From Takakia lepidozioides (taxonomy: Eukaryota; Plantae; Bryophyta), in NCBI GenBank assembly GCA_030704615.1, contig CM060734.1:54250001-54314000 (forward strand): 64,000 nucleotides of DNA. The letters run 5' to 3'. Each line of letters opens with the position of its first letter. Position 1 is the first letter of the stretch. Below are positions 44,252-56,859 of this stretch, piece by piece. Position numbers and translations under genes: made by a program. The notes beneath the pieces are model-generated. The model made no database searches and was not told the origin of the DNA. It worked only from the letters and a program-made list of their open reading frames with translations.

Positions 44252-46891
44252 TCACCAGTAATCCCCACAGGAACAAACCCCAAATTGGAAGTGATGAAAG
44301 CGATTGGCATCCCGTACAATAAGAGCTCGCCCAACAATCTTAGAGATGAACTTGGCGGCCGTGTGGCAGTCACCACACACCCGAAGGTTTTTGATGATGC
44401 GGATAGGTGTGCCAGGGGGCGTGCTGATGAGCCCAAAAGCAATGGCCAGCTTCTCACTGTGGTGGCAAAGAGAAGATTCCTTCCGCTCCTCCTCCACATC
44501 ATGCAACACAAAGCGTGTGTCAGGCACATACCCAGCCTCCTTCATCCGCCCAAACAATCTCTTCAGTTCAGCATGGATTTCCTCCATTTGTGGATGCAAT
44601 TTATCTTCGACAACAAATGAATGCACAAGGTTGTTGACCTCAATGGTGCTGCAGCCTGGCTCCTTTCTGACACCCTTGTCCTTCATTAATTTTCTCACCT
44701 TTGCTTTATCATCCCACCTGCCAGCTGCAGCGTATATGTTTGATAGTACTACATAAGCTGGAGCGTGCCATGGATCCCTCTTGAGAACACCTTTTGCTGC
44801 ACGTTCCGCTGCTTCAACATCACCATGAATTCCAGTGGCACTAAGCAAGGCCCCCCATACCGGACTATCCGCTTCAACTGGCATCTTCTTGATGAAGGCC
44901 TGTGCCTCATCCAATTGTCCTGCACGGCCAAGAAGATCTACCATGCACCCAAAATGCTCCACTGTAGGAGTGACACCATGATCTTGACCCATAGTATTGA
45001 AGTAGTGACGGCCTTCATCTACTAGGCCAACATGGCGACAGGCAGAGAGAAGGGATGTGAAGGTGACACCATCTGGTTTCAAGCCTTCCATTAGCATTTG
45101 TTCAAACAGTCGCAGTGCCTCCCTACCACACCCATGCTGAGCATATCCTGTCATCATTGCATTCCACGATACCAGATCTTGCTTAGCCATTTTGTCAAAC
45201 ACTTCACGAGCATCCTTTAGTTCCCCACATTTGGCATACATGTCAACAATGCTATTTCCTAAAATGATATCTGGCACTATTCCACTTTTGCTGATGTCAG
45301 TGTGGACCTGCTTGCCCTTTTCCAGGGCTCCTAGGCTGGCACACGCATTGAGAATGCAAGTGTATGTGACACTGTCGGGCACTATCCCCTCCTGTTGCAT
45401 TTGCTCATAAATAGTCAGGGCCTCCCTACCACACCCATGCTGAACATATCCTGTGATCATGGCATTCCATGAGACCACGTCTCGCTTATCCATGTTATCA
45501 AACACTTGCCGTGCATCCTGTACACTCCCACATTTGGCATACATGTCGACAAGGGCAGTCTTCAAATTAGTGGATGATGCAACTCCAGCTCTGATGATCG
45601 CAGCATGGACCTCTTTGCCTTTTTCCAGAGCTCCTATGCTGCAGAACGCATTGAGAATGCAAATGTACGTTACACATTCAGGTATCACCCCTTCCCGTTG
45701 CATTTGCTCATAGACATTCAAAGCCTCCCTGCCATCCCCATGGTGAGCATATCCTCCGATCATGGCATTCCAAGAGATCACATCTCGCTTAGCCATATTG
45801 TCAAACACGAGACGTGCATCCTCCATGCTCCCGCACTTGGCATACATGTCTACCAGGGTATTTTCCAAATTAATATATGATGTGATTCCAGCTTTGATGA
45901 TCTTAGCATGGATCTCCCTGCCCTTTTCCAGGGCTCCTAGGCTGGCACATGCATTGAGGATGCAAACGAACGTGACCCTGCTGGGTGTCACCCCATCCTG
46001 TTGCATTTGTTCATAGATCTTGAAAGCCTCCCTCCCATACCCATGCTGAGCATATCCTGCGATCATGGCGTTCCATGAGACCACATCTCGTTGAGTCATT
46101 TTGTCAAACACTTGACGTGCCTCCTTCATGCTCCCACATTTGGCATACATGTCAGCAAGGGCAGTCTCTAAATTGACATTGGAGCCAATTCCAGTTTTGA
46201 CAATGTCAGCATGGACTTCTTTCCCCTTCTCCAGGGCTCCTAGGCTGGCACATGCATTGAGAACACAAATGTACGTAACCCTGCTTGGCATCACCCCTTT
46301 CAGTTGCATTTGACCATAGAGCTTCAAAGCCTCTCTACCACAGCCCTGCCTGGTATACCCTCCTATCATCATAGTCCACGTAAAGACCGTTCTTTCTGGC
46401 ATTTTGTCAAACAACTGGCGGGCATCTGCCACTCTCCCGCACTTGGTATACATGTTGATTAGTGTGTTCAGTAGAAAAATGTTGGGCTTGAATCCACTTT
46501 GGATGATGTGGGCGTGCACCTGCTTTCCATTGGCCAGGTGTTTCACGTTCATGCACTCCTGCAGGATATAAATATACGTATGGGAGTCTGCCTGAAAGCC
46601 TGGTTGGTTCAACATGTGCAGCGCCTCCCTCAGTTGGCCTGCCTTACATAGTGTCCGCACATCCCCACAAGTGCCAAAACAGTTCTTATTGACTTCTTCT
46701 TTCTGTTCAAAAGCAGTGGTAATTGTGTAGGTGCAACCCTTGCCACCAGCCTGATTTCCAACCAGCAACTGTGACCAGTTCAACCCTGCCATTCTGCATG
46801 GGTCAAAACTATCAGTAATACACGAATAACACTTGAACTCACAAATACATATCTCAAGGCTCCTAGACAGTTGAAAGAAACGCCTCCTCAT
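44252..46891 (-). CDS. PLS-DYW pentatricopeptide repeat protein (organellar C-to-U editing factor), 879 aa, intronless
   Basis: PLS array, E1/E2, PG box [22 protein letters not shown] and CSCGDYW. Confidence 0.96.
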   Translation of the reverse strand: MRRRFFQLSRSLEICICEFKCYSCITDSFDPCRMAGLNWSQLLVGNQAGGKGCTYTITTAFEQKEEVNKNCFGTCGDVRTLCKAGQLREALHMLNQPGFQADSHTYIYILQECMNVKHLANGKQVHAHIIQSGFKPNIFLLNTLINMYTKCGRVADARQLFDKMPERTVFTWTMMIGGYTRQGCGREALKLYGQMQLKGVMPSRVTYICVLNACASLGALEKGKEVHADIVKTGIGSNVNLETALADMYAKCGSMKEARQVFDKMTQRDVVSWNAMIAGYAQHGYGREAFKIYEQMQQDGVTPSRVTFVCILNACASLGALEKGREIHAKIIKAGITSYINLENTLVDMYAKCGSMEDARLVFDNMAKRDVISWNAMIGGYAHHGDGREALNVYEQMQREGVIPECVTYICILNAFCSIGALEKGKEVHAAIIRAGVASSTNLKTALVDMYAKCGSVQDARQVFDNMDKRDVVSWNAMITGYVQHGCGREALTIYEQMQQEGIVPDSVTYTCILNACASLGALEKGKQVHTDISKSGIVPDIILGNSIVDMYAKCGELKDAREVFDKMAKQDLVSWNAMMTGYAQHGCGREALRLFEQMLMEGLKPDGVTFTSLLSACRHVGLVDEGRHYFNTMGQDHGVTPTVEHFGCMVDLLGRAGQLDEAQAFIKKMPVEADSPVWGALLSATGIHGDVEAAERAAKGVLKRDPWHAPAYVVLSNIYAAAGRWDDKAKVRKLMKDKGVRKEPGCSTIEVNNLVHSFVVEDKLHPQMEEIHAELKRLFGRMKEAGYVPDTRFVLHDVEEERKESSLCHHSEKLAIAFGLISTPPGTPIRIIKNLRVCGDCHTAAKFISKIVGRALIVRDANRFHHFQFGVCSCGDYW

Positions 46892-49800
46892 CAGGGGAAA
46901 CTCTTCCTACATATCACATAGAGATGCAGAACTACCAGTAGACCAACTCCCCAACAACAGGGCCAATTGGGCACAGTGCATTACAATGCCAACAAGAGCT
47001 AGAAACATTGTTGTAAATGACGGAAAGGTGTGACAGGGAAGTAACACACCTGAATCCTTGCTGACTTCCACTCTAGAAATTTTTGCTCTCTTAGTGGGTC
47101 CACCTTCATCTGCCAATGGTACAGTCCCACAAGAGAGTAGAGAAGAAGACAAACGAGAACCCACCCAAAAGCTGGAATTTGCGAAATCGTTTTATAGAAT
47201 TGAAGCAGTCAAGGAGAGACTGTCTGAGATTTCCACTGTGGAGAAGTCGAAGACGGTGGAAAACGAGGGATGAGGAATTTGAGCTGTAATGCAAAAAGCA
47301 AAACCCTGAGAACTGGAAAGGGAAAGAAATGGTTGAGGAACGTCCTATGAAGAAGAACTAAAAGGAAAGGATTGTAGGGACGGAGTTGGATGCTCTAAGA
47401 TTGACAGATAAGAGCTCCATAAGTGTGCACCACCACCCTGACTTCGACATCTCAAGTACATATTACTTCAGTGGCTGGAGAGAATTGGGCCGCAAGAAAT
47501 CCCCTTCATGGTGAGCAGCAAATCTCTTCCGACGGAGGGAGTTGTGTTGAGGTGACATATGTAAGAGGCTCTCCATAATTGCGTACAACCGTCACTCCTC
47601 GGCAGGTTCAACCATGGAGTACGTGGAAGTGTAAATTTTTGAGAGGATTGACGACTGTGCGAATATTGAAATTGGAACTCCGATGGATTTGGAACTTGGA
47701 GATTCTTTCTCCGAGCACTGAATGTCGTGCTATGTTTCATCCTTGCCCTTTTCCCGTACTTATGCTGTCACAGACTGTGCTTCTCAGATGCTCAATTGAT
47801 GCCTGCTCTGGTGCATTCAAACCAGCTTCTATGAATCGCAGAGAAAATGTGCCATTGTGCTCCAAACTGAAGGTCACTATCCTTGATGCTAGATCTCAGC
47901 ATTCATACGCAATAGACATGGAAGAGATTGAGCATCATCAGGTACTTAAGCAACTCATGCCTACAGACCATTTGAAACAGCAAATGTGAGATACTAAAAA
48001 CTAGAACTTACTGGGCTACAAGACTTGGGGGATTCATTTACTCAAGCAACCACACAATGGTTGATCATTTTGCTCTTTTGCGCAAAAGAGCAAAAAATAG
48101 GGTTCAAAGATTTTCTCGAATCATACTTCGAAGAGTTCGAGGAGTGGAATCCTATTATCGTCTCGCCCTTCCCATGGGCAGTGTCTACAAAACGGATGTG
48201 CGATTGCACGTATCGCCTTGTGCGGCAGGTCTCACTTGGTGCACCTATCAGTAAGTATGAATATTCTGCTACAACCTGTACAGAACAATGCGATGCCATG
48301 AGTACAGCGAAATCAAGCAACCGCTTTGAGCATTGCTGCCTGTTCGTATTGGTTTTCACCATTGCCTTACCCACAGCTTCTAAACACTGCATGTCTGAAA
48401 GCTATGTGATCTTTCAGGCCCATATGTTTGACGGGTCCGATTTGAGCGGGGAGATGGCCCATATGTTTGTACCTAGAGGCGGGAAGATGTAGCAGGAAGC
48501 CAAAGGGAGAGGCTGCCCTAAACCCTAAACCCCTCACAAGGGCTGCCAATGCGGAAACAAGTACAAAGCTTTCTTCTCTTCATAATTCAGTTGGAGATTT
48601 TCGTCGCCTGCATCACTGAGGGCAGTTATTAGCTTTGATTTGAGCGCTTTGCCTCTTGTATTCGGTAGAAGAGGAGGGTCAAAAGAATGGCCGAATCCCA
48701 GAGAAGTGCTGGAGTCCTGGAGCATCGAACTGGATGAAAAAGTGAACCTACACAGATTTGGGTATTCAGGTACGGGCCTGCGATTGCACGCTCGGTGATG
48801 ACAGTGTGGAGGATGGTGGAGTGTCGACACATCTACACTTTTGACCATGGATTCTCCTTCTGGACACCACTCCTCAGCATGTATGTCTGTACTGGACTGT
48901 GCTTCGCAGCAATTCTCAGCATCTTATTACACGAAGAATTGGGTTCTCGTCTCAGTTGTCGAACTAGTATCGGAGCAGTTGATTTTGTGGAGAACACAGC
49001 CGGCTTAATTGCGCAGTCTTCAGTTGTTCAGCCATGTGAGGCTTGTCGATGCAAGAGCAGTCTTCTTCTGCATAGACAACTACATGAAGTTTTTCTGGGT
49101 GTGCAGAGGATCGGAATTGTGCATTCTCTGCTTTTGCGCCCCTGATTTGAACTTAAGGACTCCCGTTTCCTCCACCTAATTGGTTTGCACCAATTTTTCA
49201 GCTTTCACATGCCTTGGCTCAGACAATGTGTGGCTTGAATTGGCCGGTTGAATATCATGTTGAGCTGCTAAGGTGCTCTCACAAATTCGCGTGAGGCTCC
49301 ACCGGTCTCCGTCTATCCTGCAAATCAAACGAAGATTTCGGACATCTCCTGGACGCTGTATAGTCAGCTGCAGATTTGATTTACAAAGCTAGACCGACCA
49401 CGTATAGGGCAACCATGTATATATAGAAACGAAGCTAGATCCCCAGGAATATATTCAGTTTCGGACCAGCGCTACATTTACTTCTAGAAAACAGACAGGT
49501 GCTCTAATACTTCAGAGATCCTGACCAGTTTCCAAGTGTGCATCGCTATATTGCGAATGCGCTGGTCGAAGACAGAGTGTGTTCAAGTGACCAGTCAGTT
49601 ATGTGTTTTGTTTCGCTGACATAATTTGCTTCAAATTGTGGTCACTTTAGGAACACCTAAGAAACACAAGATGAGGTAGTCCTTGTTTGGGCTGACAGCA
49701 GATTAGAGTTGACCTACTTCGTTCCTTCAGGAGCACAAACTCGATGATAGGAAAATCGCTTCTCTAAGTAGTTCTATGTGGCCATTCATTCAGTCTAAAT

Positions 49801-51114
49801 AACAGGTGGCCCCCGCCGCAATGCATTTCCCCTTCGCGCCCGGCCATGTGGCTGGTCAAACAACCCGGCCCCCTCAAAACCATGCAAAATCTGACACTTG
49901 AAAAATCCTAGCATGCAGGGCATTTACTCAAATCAAGATTTTTTTGCCGGAGCGTGTAGAGGACAACGGGGCGCACATTTTCCGTTCAGACGGCGTTTTC
50001 ATCAGACTTCATCCACAGAAACTACAGGGATGGATGTAAAACGACACGACCCAATCCGGGTTGCGTCGTCATTTAGAGCAAAGAGCTGCGCTTCTACTGA
50101 ACAATTCTATGCAAAAGAATACACAACATCCAGACAAGAAATATGCTAAATTGCCTTCTTGTAAGTGGAAGACAACAATGAATCGGGTTACCTGGTGATT
50201 TGCTAATGACAAAAGATCGTAGCCTTATTGCGCGACATGTACTATGTGCTACTGCAATTGGTGATGCTCCCGAGATACAAAGGGGAGGCAAGAAAGGATG
50301 CAAACTGGATTAACATACAGTCACACACCCTTAGAAGTGAAGAAACCTCTCTGCATGCTGGCTGGAAAACAGAATGGACAAATCAACTATCCTCCGTAGG
50401 GTGCAGTCTACAAACTGTAAACTTAGGCTGGCCAAGCACCAGAGCCAGGATGGCCAACATCAATTGTAGAGAAGATCCAAAACAATTGCCCAAAGTAAGC
50501 TCTCACCACACCCAATCTGAAAGATCTCACCTGTTACATCGACCCCAACAGAAGTTTATGCATGATTATTGATATCAATCATTTATACCAATCACAATGT
50601 ACTTCAATGCTCTGGGTTCACACAAAATGCTAATCATACAATATTACTTGGTTTTCTTTTGGAGGGTACAACATCAAAAAGTGTCACATCAGTAAGAATG
50701 TTACAGAGAAATGAAAACCCTCCCTCCAGATACTGTATAACTCACTTGTTGCCTATTTTCAGCTGACCCCCTTTGCTGGAGTCAATAGTTAGAAGCTGCC
50801 TAATTGATTAGAAGTCTCACCAGCTATGACGAAAGGTAACACTTTAATCTCCAACTATGGATATTCGAAATGTTAAGTCAAGGGCCTCATGCGAAAAGGT
50901 TCTCCACCTCCTCCACCTGCATTGGAGAAAAACCTGACAGCTGACTACACAGAAGTTTCCACAAAAATGTAGAACTTCCATGCTCAGTTGCAGACCACAA
51001 TCAATTTTGAGCCACTGATTAATCACAGGTTAATCAACTGCAACAAGCCTCTCAGCCTGATACCAGGAAAAACGAGTGCAAGGAGAAGTCGGTAAAATCT
51101 ATCCAACAACTTTC

Positions 51115-53491
51115 CTAGTGTGACCACATGACTTTCGAGTATGGTGGCTTGAACATCTCCTGAGTCTCCCATGATGATGCACCAAAACTTGCAATGGGGC
51201 TCCCAAACTGAGCCCCTGGTACCCCCTCACCCCCTCCATCTATGACCTCATCCACGATATCCATAGCTTCCCCATCCTGCGCCATTTCTTCTCCACCATC
51301 ACTTACACCTGGCGCTGTTGCCACTGCACTATGTTTCATTGCTGACACGCCATTGAGAGGTGGCATTGAGAAGGTTGGTGGGGCCCATGGTAGAAGAGCC
51401 AATTGTTTACTTGGCTGTGGATCATTCTCCTCTTCCATTGCCATATCATCCCTAGAAGAGAGCAGACGAGGTAAGGAGGAGCAAGATGCAACTCTGTGTA
51501 GCCGCCTTGGACCCAAGAACGACGGTCCACCTGAAAGATCAAGCGCTGCATGCACACACCATCACAAGCAATTTCACAATGTGTCCTTTGAGAGCTATAT
51601 CCTTTTCTGTGATCTTTGATGACGAGGCCTTCAAACTACTCAAACTGCAAAAGTGGAGGGCCATCAAACCATGAAAGAGATGGAGAACCTCTGCCAAATA
51701 TAACTGTTCGTCCACAAACACACTCCTATAACATTGATGGAAGAGGCTGAAACACAAGATTTGTCGTCCCATTGTACAAAATTACTGTAGGCGCTCATGG
51801 CACCAACTGTAACAAGAAAAGTATTTCTTACACTAAAAACTTGCTCGTGCCACTCAAGAGGAAGACATAGAACAGCTAGTGATCTGACCCAGACAGATGG
51901 GAGAGGAAGGTGGCCTAACATCATCTGGACTAGCCCAGTTAGAGCTAACTATTACAAAACATAGTAGAGGTGAGTGCAAAAAACAACCAAATACTCTTCT
52001 GCAAAGATCCCAACGAATCAAAATAACCTCTTGAAAAGATCCTCACTGAAAATACATCCCTCTCCCTCATTATTTTCCTCCACTATTGAGCTGTGACTCT
52101 GCCTCTGTCCGAGTAGCCATCACATCACATGTTTTAGTCCACACAGATGAATGAGACACTGCCAAAGGACATGGGGTAGGCCCTGGATCCAAGGCAGAGT
52201 CTTCTCCCCAAGGCTGGTAAGCTACCATTGGCTACCAACCACAAAGTGAAATGGGCTACCTTCAAAAAGGCCAGTCCCAGAAAGTGAATCGGGACAAGAA
52301 TTAGTGAAAGCAGAAGAAGAGTGGCCTGCATCGTTAGTAAAGATGCCATTGTTGTCAGTACCCTTGCATGCAGCCAGGAACCCAGCTGTGTTCACTCTGA
52401 TTGGCAGTTCTGATGATCCTGATGGTGGCCCACCCGGAAACAGGGGCGGATTTATGGGCTTGTATACCACCAGTGCTTTGTCATCTGTTCCCTTGATGAC
52501 AGGTGGTGGCGGAGTCAGAGTTGGGTCTGGAGCTGATGGAGCAAGAATTGGTGTTTCTTTCGGAGCTCTAAAAACTGGTGGGTTCCAGATGTCTGTTGGC
52601 ACCCATCCACCCTGCAGACAAGGAAAGAGCACCGGTGTTAGGTAGATTGACGAGCTGTTTCAGTGCTTTGCACACTGGGAGGTTACATCATACAGTGATA
52701 GAAATAGTGCTGTAGCTCGCAGGTGCCAGAAAGGATGAATAGGGCACCTCCCTATCTATTTCAGAGTTCCAGCTGTAGCATTCACTGGAAGGAAAGTGCC
52801 TGCAATCCAAAAGCTTCACACAGCACCCACATAGACTACAGCTGTGGTGTGTGACACTGCAGTGGCCAAAACTACTTGTGTGTACAAGTCCGACGAATTA
52901 TCTTAATTGTTAGTAAATGAACCCGTCGGCAGGCACCAAGAGGACCCAGCCAGTCTCACATACATACTGACAACCCGGCACATTAAGTGCATTCTTTCTC
53001 TCGGCTAACGTAACGGAACGAAAAATCCTGATACATTACCATCGAGCACCTCCACTCAACACGGGATTACTTGCAATAATGCCAAGTAGAAGAAGACAAT
53101 GCGGAAGGCGATAACCCTCCTTCGCGAGGTAAGCTAATAGGCACCAATTGTGCAGAGCATTTCTTTTCGAAGTCAAATTCTTAAGCAGGGAAAGTCACGA
53201 CCACAGAAAATTGGCCAACCTATGTCGTCATAGGGTTTGCTACAAGAGCTCGCAAACAGAATATAATTTTCCTTGCTTAAGCGATCAAGTGGTTCAGCAA
53301 GAGTCCTCACTCGCCAATAACAGTAGCACTACAACTAGCTAAAGAAAGCATCTCATGCTTTTCAGCGTCGCTTCCAAATGACATACCGCGAGTCGAACCC
53401 GCTTGGAAGGCGACAAGCTCACATTGCTGAGCAGATCCAGCACGAGTTCATCAGATTCTTTGCGCTTGGCATGCAACGCCCGGGCGTTCAT
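51115..53491 (-). CDS. Plant-specific protein of unknown function (resembles the Arabidopsis At2g24100/ASG1 family); exons 53491-53387, 52611-52362, 51545-51115
   Basis: MNARALHAKRKESDELVLDLLSNVSLSPSKRVRLA | ...DDKALVVYKP... | ...LALLPWAP...AMDI...VMWSH. GT-AG junctions are in phase. The family assignment is from recalled motifs. Confidence 0.75.
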
Positions 53492-53854
53492 GATGTCCGC
53501 TGCTCCCTTCCCTTCTCACTGCACAACCTCCCTCTTGGCCGCCTCACGGCCTGCCATCGCAGCGCACGACTGCGCAGGCATCGCAACGCCACAACCTGGC
53601 CCCCGCACAACACACATTTCTCCACCAAACCTTCCGATTCGCACGCCCTCGCTTCCCCAAATGTCCAAACAGGAACGAACAAACAGCAACGAGCAAAGCA
53701 GAGCGCTGTCGAAGCTCCGCAGCGATGAAGTCGTCTCTCTCCCCCTCCTCACCTTCCCTCAGATTCTAGAGGAATCTCAGACATTCATCCGTCTTGACGG
53801 ACGAGGCTCACCACTTCCATCCAACAAACGTACGAAACAAGTACGATAATGTGA

Positions 53855-53997
53855 ACGTGTCGCATACATGCTCGTTGGAAGGTGGAGACTTGGCCCACGT
53901 GGCAGATCCTGCGGTTCTCATTGGTCATCATCCCTGGGCTGGGTATTTCGCGGGAAACCCCCGCACGTGGCATCTGACGGGGCCGGGGTTGCCACGT
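53855..53997. promoter_or_regulatory. Cluster of four ABRE/G-box motifs upstream of the 53491 gene
   Basis: ACGTGTC at 53855, CACGTGGC at 53896 and 53964, GCCACGT at 53991. Confidence 0.55.
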
Positions 53998-54864
53998 CAT
54001 GATCTGGTGGACCTTTCTTGAGGCCTATCCTGGATGAAAGAGCAACCGAAAAGGTAGATGCAAGAAGTTCATCCAAGTAAGCATGATTGCTAGTCCCCTT
54101 GGGCCCCTTGTGCACCACTTGGTCCCCTTGAGAGATGGCATCAATAATCACCGGATGTAATTAAGTTAGCATTTTCAGACTATGTAGCGGACAAGATGAC
54201 AAGAGTGCTCATTGTTTTGTTGTTTGTGTGAAATTTGGTCTTTCGATTCCATAGCCGCGCATAGGCTACTCACTCATGTTGCTTAGTGTGTGAGCAGAAT
54301 GTTCCTCAAAGTTTACGAAGATAAATAGTATGATGAAATGAAAATGCTCATATATAACTAGAAACCCTTACTAGCTGATGATGTGGCCAAGAATTAAGTA
54401 ACGTTGGCAAGTGTGAGCCTAAGCTCACGCCACGACATCGGGGTAGCGTCGTCCATCATCCAGTGCAAACCGACCTTTACCTTAGGACACCCCATACTTG
54501 GCACATGCAGGTTTCAAAACACAAAAAACTGGTAAATCAATATTTGAAGCCAGACGTTTGTTTGTTTTGATTTGTTTTGTTTTGAGATGTCCCAAACTGC
54601 GGGGCCCACCCTAAGTGCTTGGTCCCGTTGGAAAGCCCTCGACGAGGAAGGGTGCACGGGCTTGGTCTCATGATTTTTGGACCTGCAGTGTGGGAGATGT
54701 CGAATTTCAAGTACTTTTGGCCGCTGGAAAGTCGCAAAAATAAGGAAAGTGGCTTTCCGGCACAATGGTTGGAGCGACGGGAGAGATATCAAGGAAAAGG
54801 TCTCTGGTTCAAATCAGGTCGTAGATTATGTAGAAAAAAAGTGATTAGACTTGGATGACTTAGA

Positions 54865-55474
54865 TGTCATGCGCATACATATCGCTACACAACTACATCG
54901 CTGTCCAAACCACACCACACATATATGCCCAATAAAGTAGTCTGCCACAATGCGCATACATATCGCTACACAACTACATCGCTGTCCAAACCACACCACA
55001 CATATATGCCCAATAAAGTAGTCTGCCACAATGATAAACAAGCTAAAAAGGACACACACTCCCAACACAAGAAATATAAAATCCATCGCTATCACTCATT
55101 GAAACAGAAGTCGAGCCAGGGGCACCCCAAGCTATGGGGACTCCACCCCACAACAACCTGTACCCCTACATAAGCACACTCAAACCTAAACACATGCAGG
55201 AGCTCGGTCGCACAGGCTCAACTCGAGAGAGATGAGCCGCGCGACTGCCGCTCTCGTGAAGATAAGACGGACCAGGTGTCAAACTAAACTTGACACCTGA
55301 TTTAACACTTGACCTAAATCCAAGTATTGAATACAAATAACTAGTTTTATTCTAGCTGTTTTCACACTATGCTTATTTAACTTGACAGCTGTCGTGCGCA
55401 TATATATCGCTACACAACTACATCGTTGTCCAAACCACACCACACATATATGCCCAATAAAGTAGTCTGCCACA
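54865..55474 (-). repeat. Putative 3' LTR (TG...CA) containing three copies of an ~80-85 bp unit (54865-54948, ~54950-55029, 55390-55474)
   Basis: On the minus strand the PPT AGGGGGGCGAT directly precedes TGTGGCAGAC at 55474. The unit GCGCATA.ATATCGCTACACAACTACATCG.TGTCCAAACCACACCACACATATATGCCCAATAAAGTAGTCTGCCACA occurs three times. Confidence 0.7.
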
Positions 55475-55734
55475 ATCGCCCCCCTAGCTGGTGGATAGGT
55501 CCCTCTACCTCCAGATAGCTACAAGATGTAATAGCCACAGCCGTACTAAGTCCTCTATCACTGTCCCTATTATACTCAAACTCTATAGACCAAGGGGCCG
55601 GGTACAAGAGTAGCCCCATCGTTAGTCGCCGTCTTGCAATGTGTGAACTTGAGCCAGGATCTCGTGTGTTCAAGGTCTCCTAGTAGTTGGGCCTTACGTT
55701 GCTTGTTAGCCTTCCATGGTTGTATCCACTCCCA

Positions 55735-55836
55735 CTATCCAATGCAATGTGGACATAACCAATCCCCATCTGGAACCATCTCAAGAGGTGGAGTCAAGCA
55801 TCCCATATGCCAACCTCTAGAGCATCGATCGCACAG
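55735..55836 (-). pseudogene. PHD finger (C-terminal part) at the end of the retrotransposon polyprotein
   Basis: Manual translation LCDRCSRGWHMGCLTPPLEMVPDGDWLCPHCIG* gives the CxxC-x4-H-xxC...WxCPxC PHD signature; the first CxxC is missing. Confidence 0.88.
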
Positions 55837-56480
55837 AAGGAGGCAAGTGATGCTTGCTTGCTGAACCTGTAGCCCATGGCTAACCAGGGTAACTGAAGGT
55901 CCCAATCTCCTAGGTATCCCTTCTGCAAGCCATACTTGCGCAAACCCCTCTTTACTGTCTGAACAACTCTCTCTGCCAAGCCATCGGCCTCGGGATGATC
56001 CCGAGAAGTGGTACGGTGGTCTATCAAGGCCTTGTCACACAAAGCCTGAAACTCCCCCAAGAACTCTCTCCCTTGGTCCGTGAGTACCTCAGCTGGAGCA
56101 CCGAATCGGCTAAGCACACAATCCAGGAATGCATACGCAGCTCCCTCACTAGCCTTATCAGGCAATGGAACCAATTCAATCCACTTGGAGAAGTGCTCCA
56201 CCATCACCAACACGTACTTGTTGTGGCGCATGGTCAGTGGCAACGGCCCTGCGAAGTCAAGACTCCACCTGTAGCCCAATCCCATGATCGGAAGAGGGTG
56301 CAATTGTGGAGTAGGGGCGTTGAATAAAGCACGCACCGTGTCACACACCATGCACCTAGCCACAAATGTTGCACCTCTGTGTGCATACCACGCCACCAAT
56401 ACTGCCCCTGCAGTAGACTATGAGTGCGTCGCACCCCAAAATGCCCCAACTCCTCATGGGCATGCCGCACTAACCGTGCC
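55837..56480 (-). pseudogene. Integrase (HHCC + DDE core), frameshifted at ~56368, C-terminus deleted
   Basis: HAHEELGH...CMVC; SLDFAG, LTDQGREF and GLAERVVQT. Confidence 0.92.
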
Positions 56481-56859
56481 CGTTGTGTTGGGTGAGGCAC
56501 AATCCTCACTCGACCATCCTCCCACATTCGGAGCAGGTGTGTCCCCTCCCACCTGAACCTCTTGGCTCGTTGTAGGATCCGATCCCTCTCCTTGGCAGTC
56601 ACACTGGCTGCCGTGTCTCCAGTGCGGAGGTAGTCCAACACAACTGAATCCTCATGTATATCCTTGGCGCCACCTTGCTCATTGCTGGCCTCAGGGTCCT
56701 CAGACACTTGATCTACAGTCATCCCTGTTGCAGGTCCAACCTGGCCTTCCGCTGCCAAGATACACAGAAATGCAGATGCATGCCATCCGGGCACCATCTC
56801 CTCGTCCGTCTCACCATGCCACCGAGCTCCAGTGTCATCATGTTGGCTCGTGCATGGAT

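Noticed and set aside
48516-48533. Telomere-like CCCTAAA repeats
   Set aside because: Only about 2.5 units; common by chance or as telo-boxes.
47468-49145. Cluster of 60-155 aa ORFs on both strands
   Set aside because: No recognisable domain or consistent exon chain could be built.
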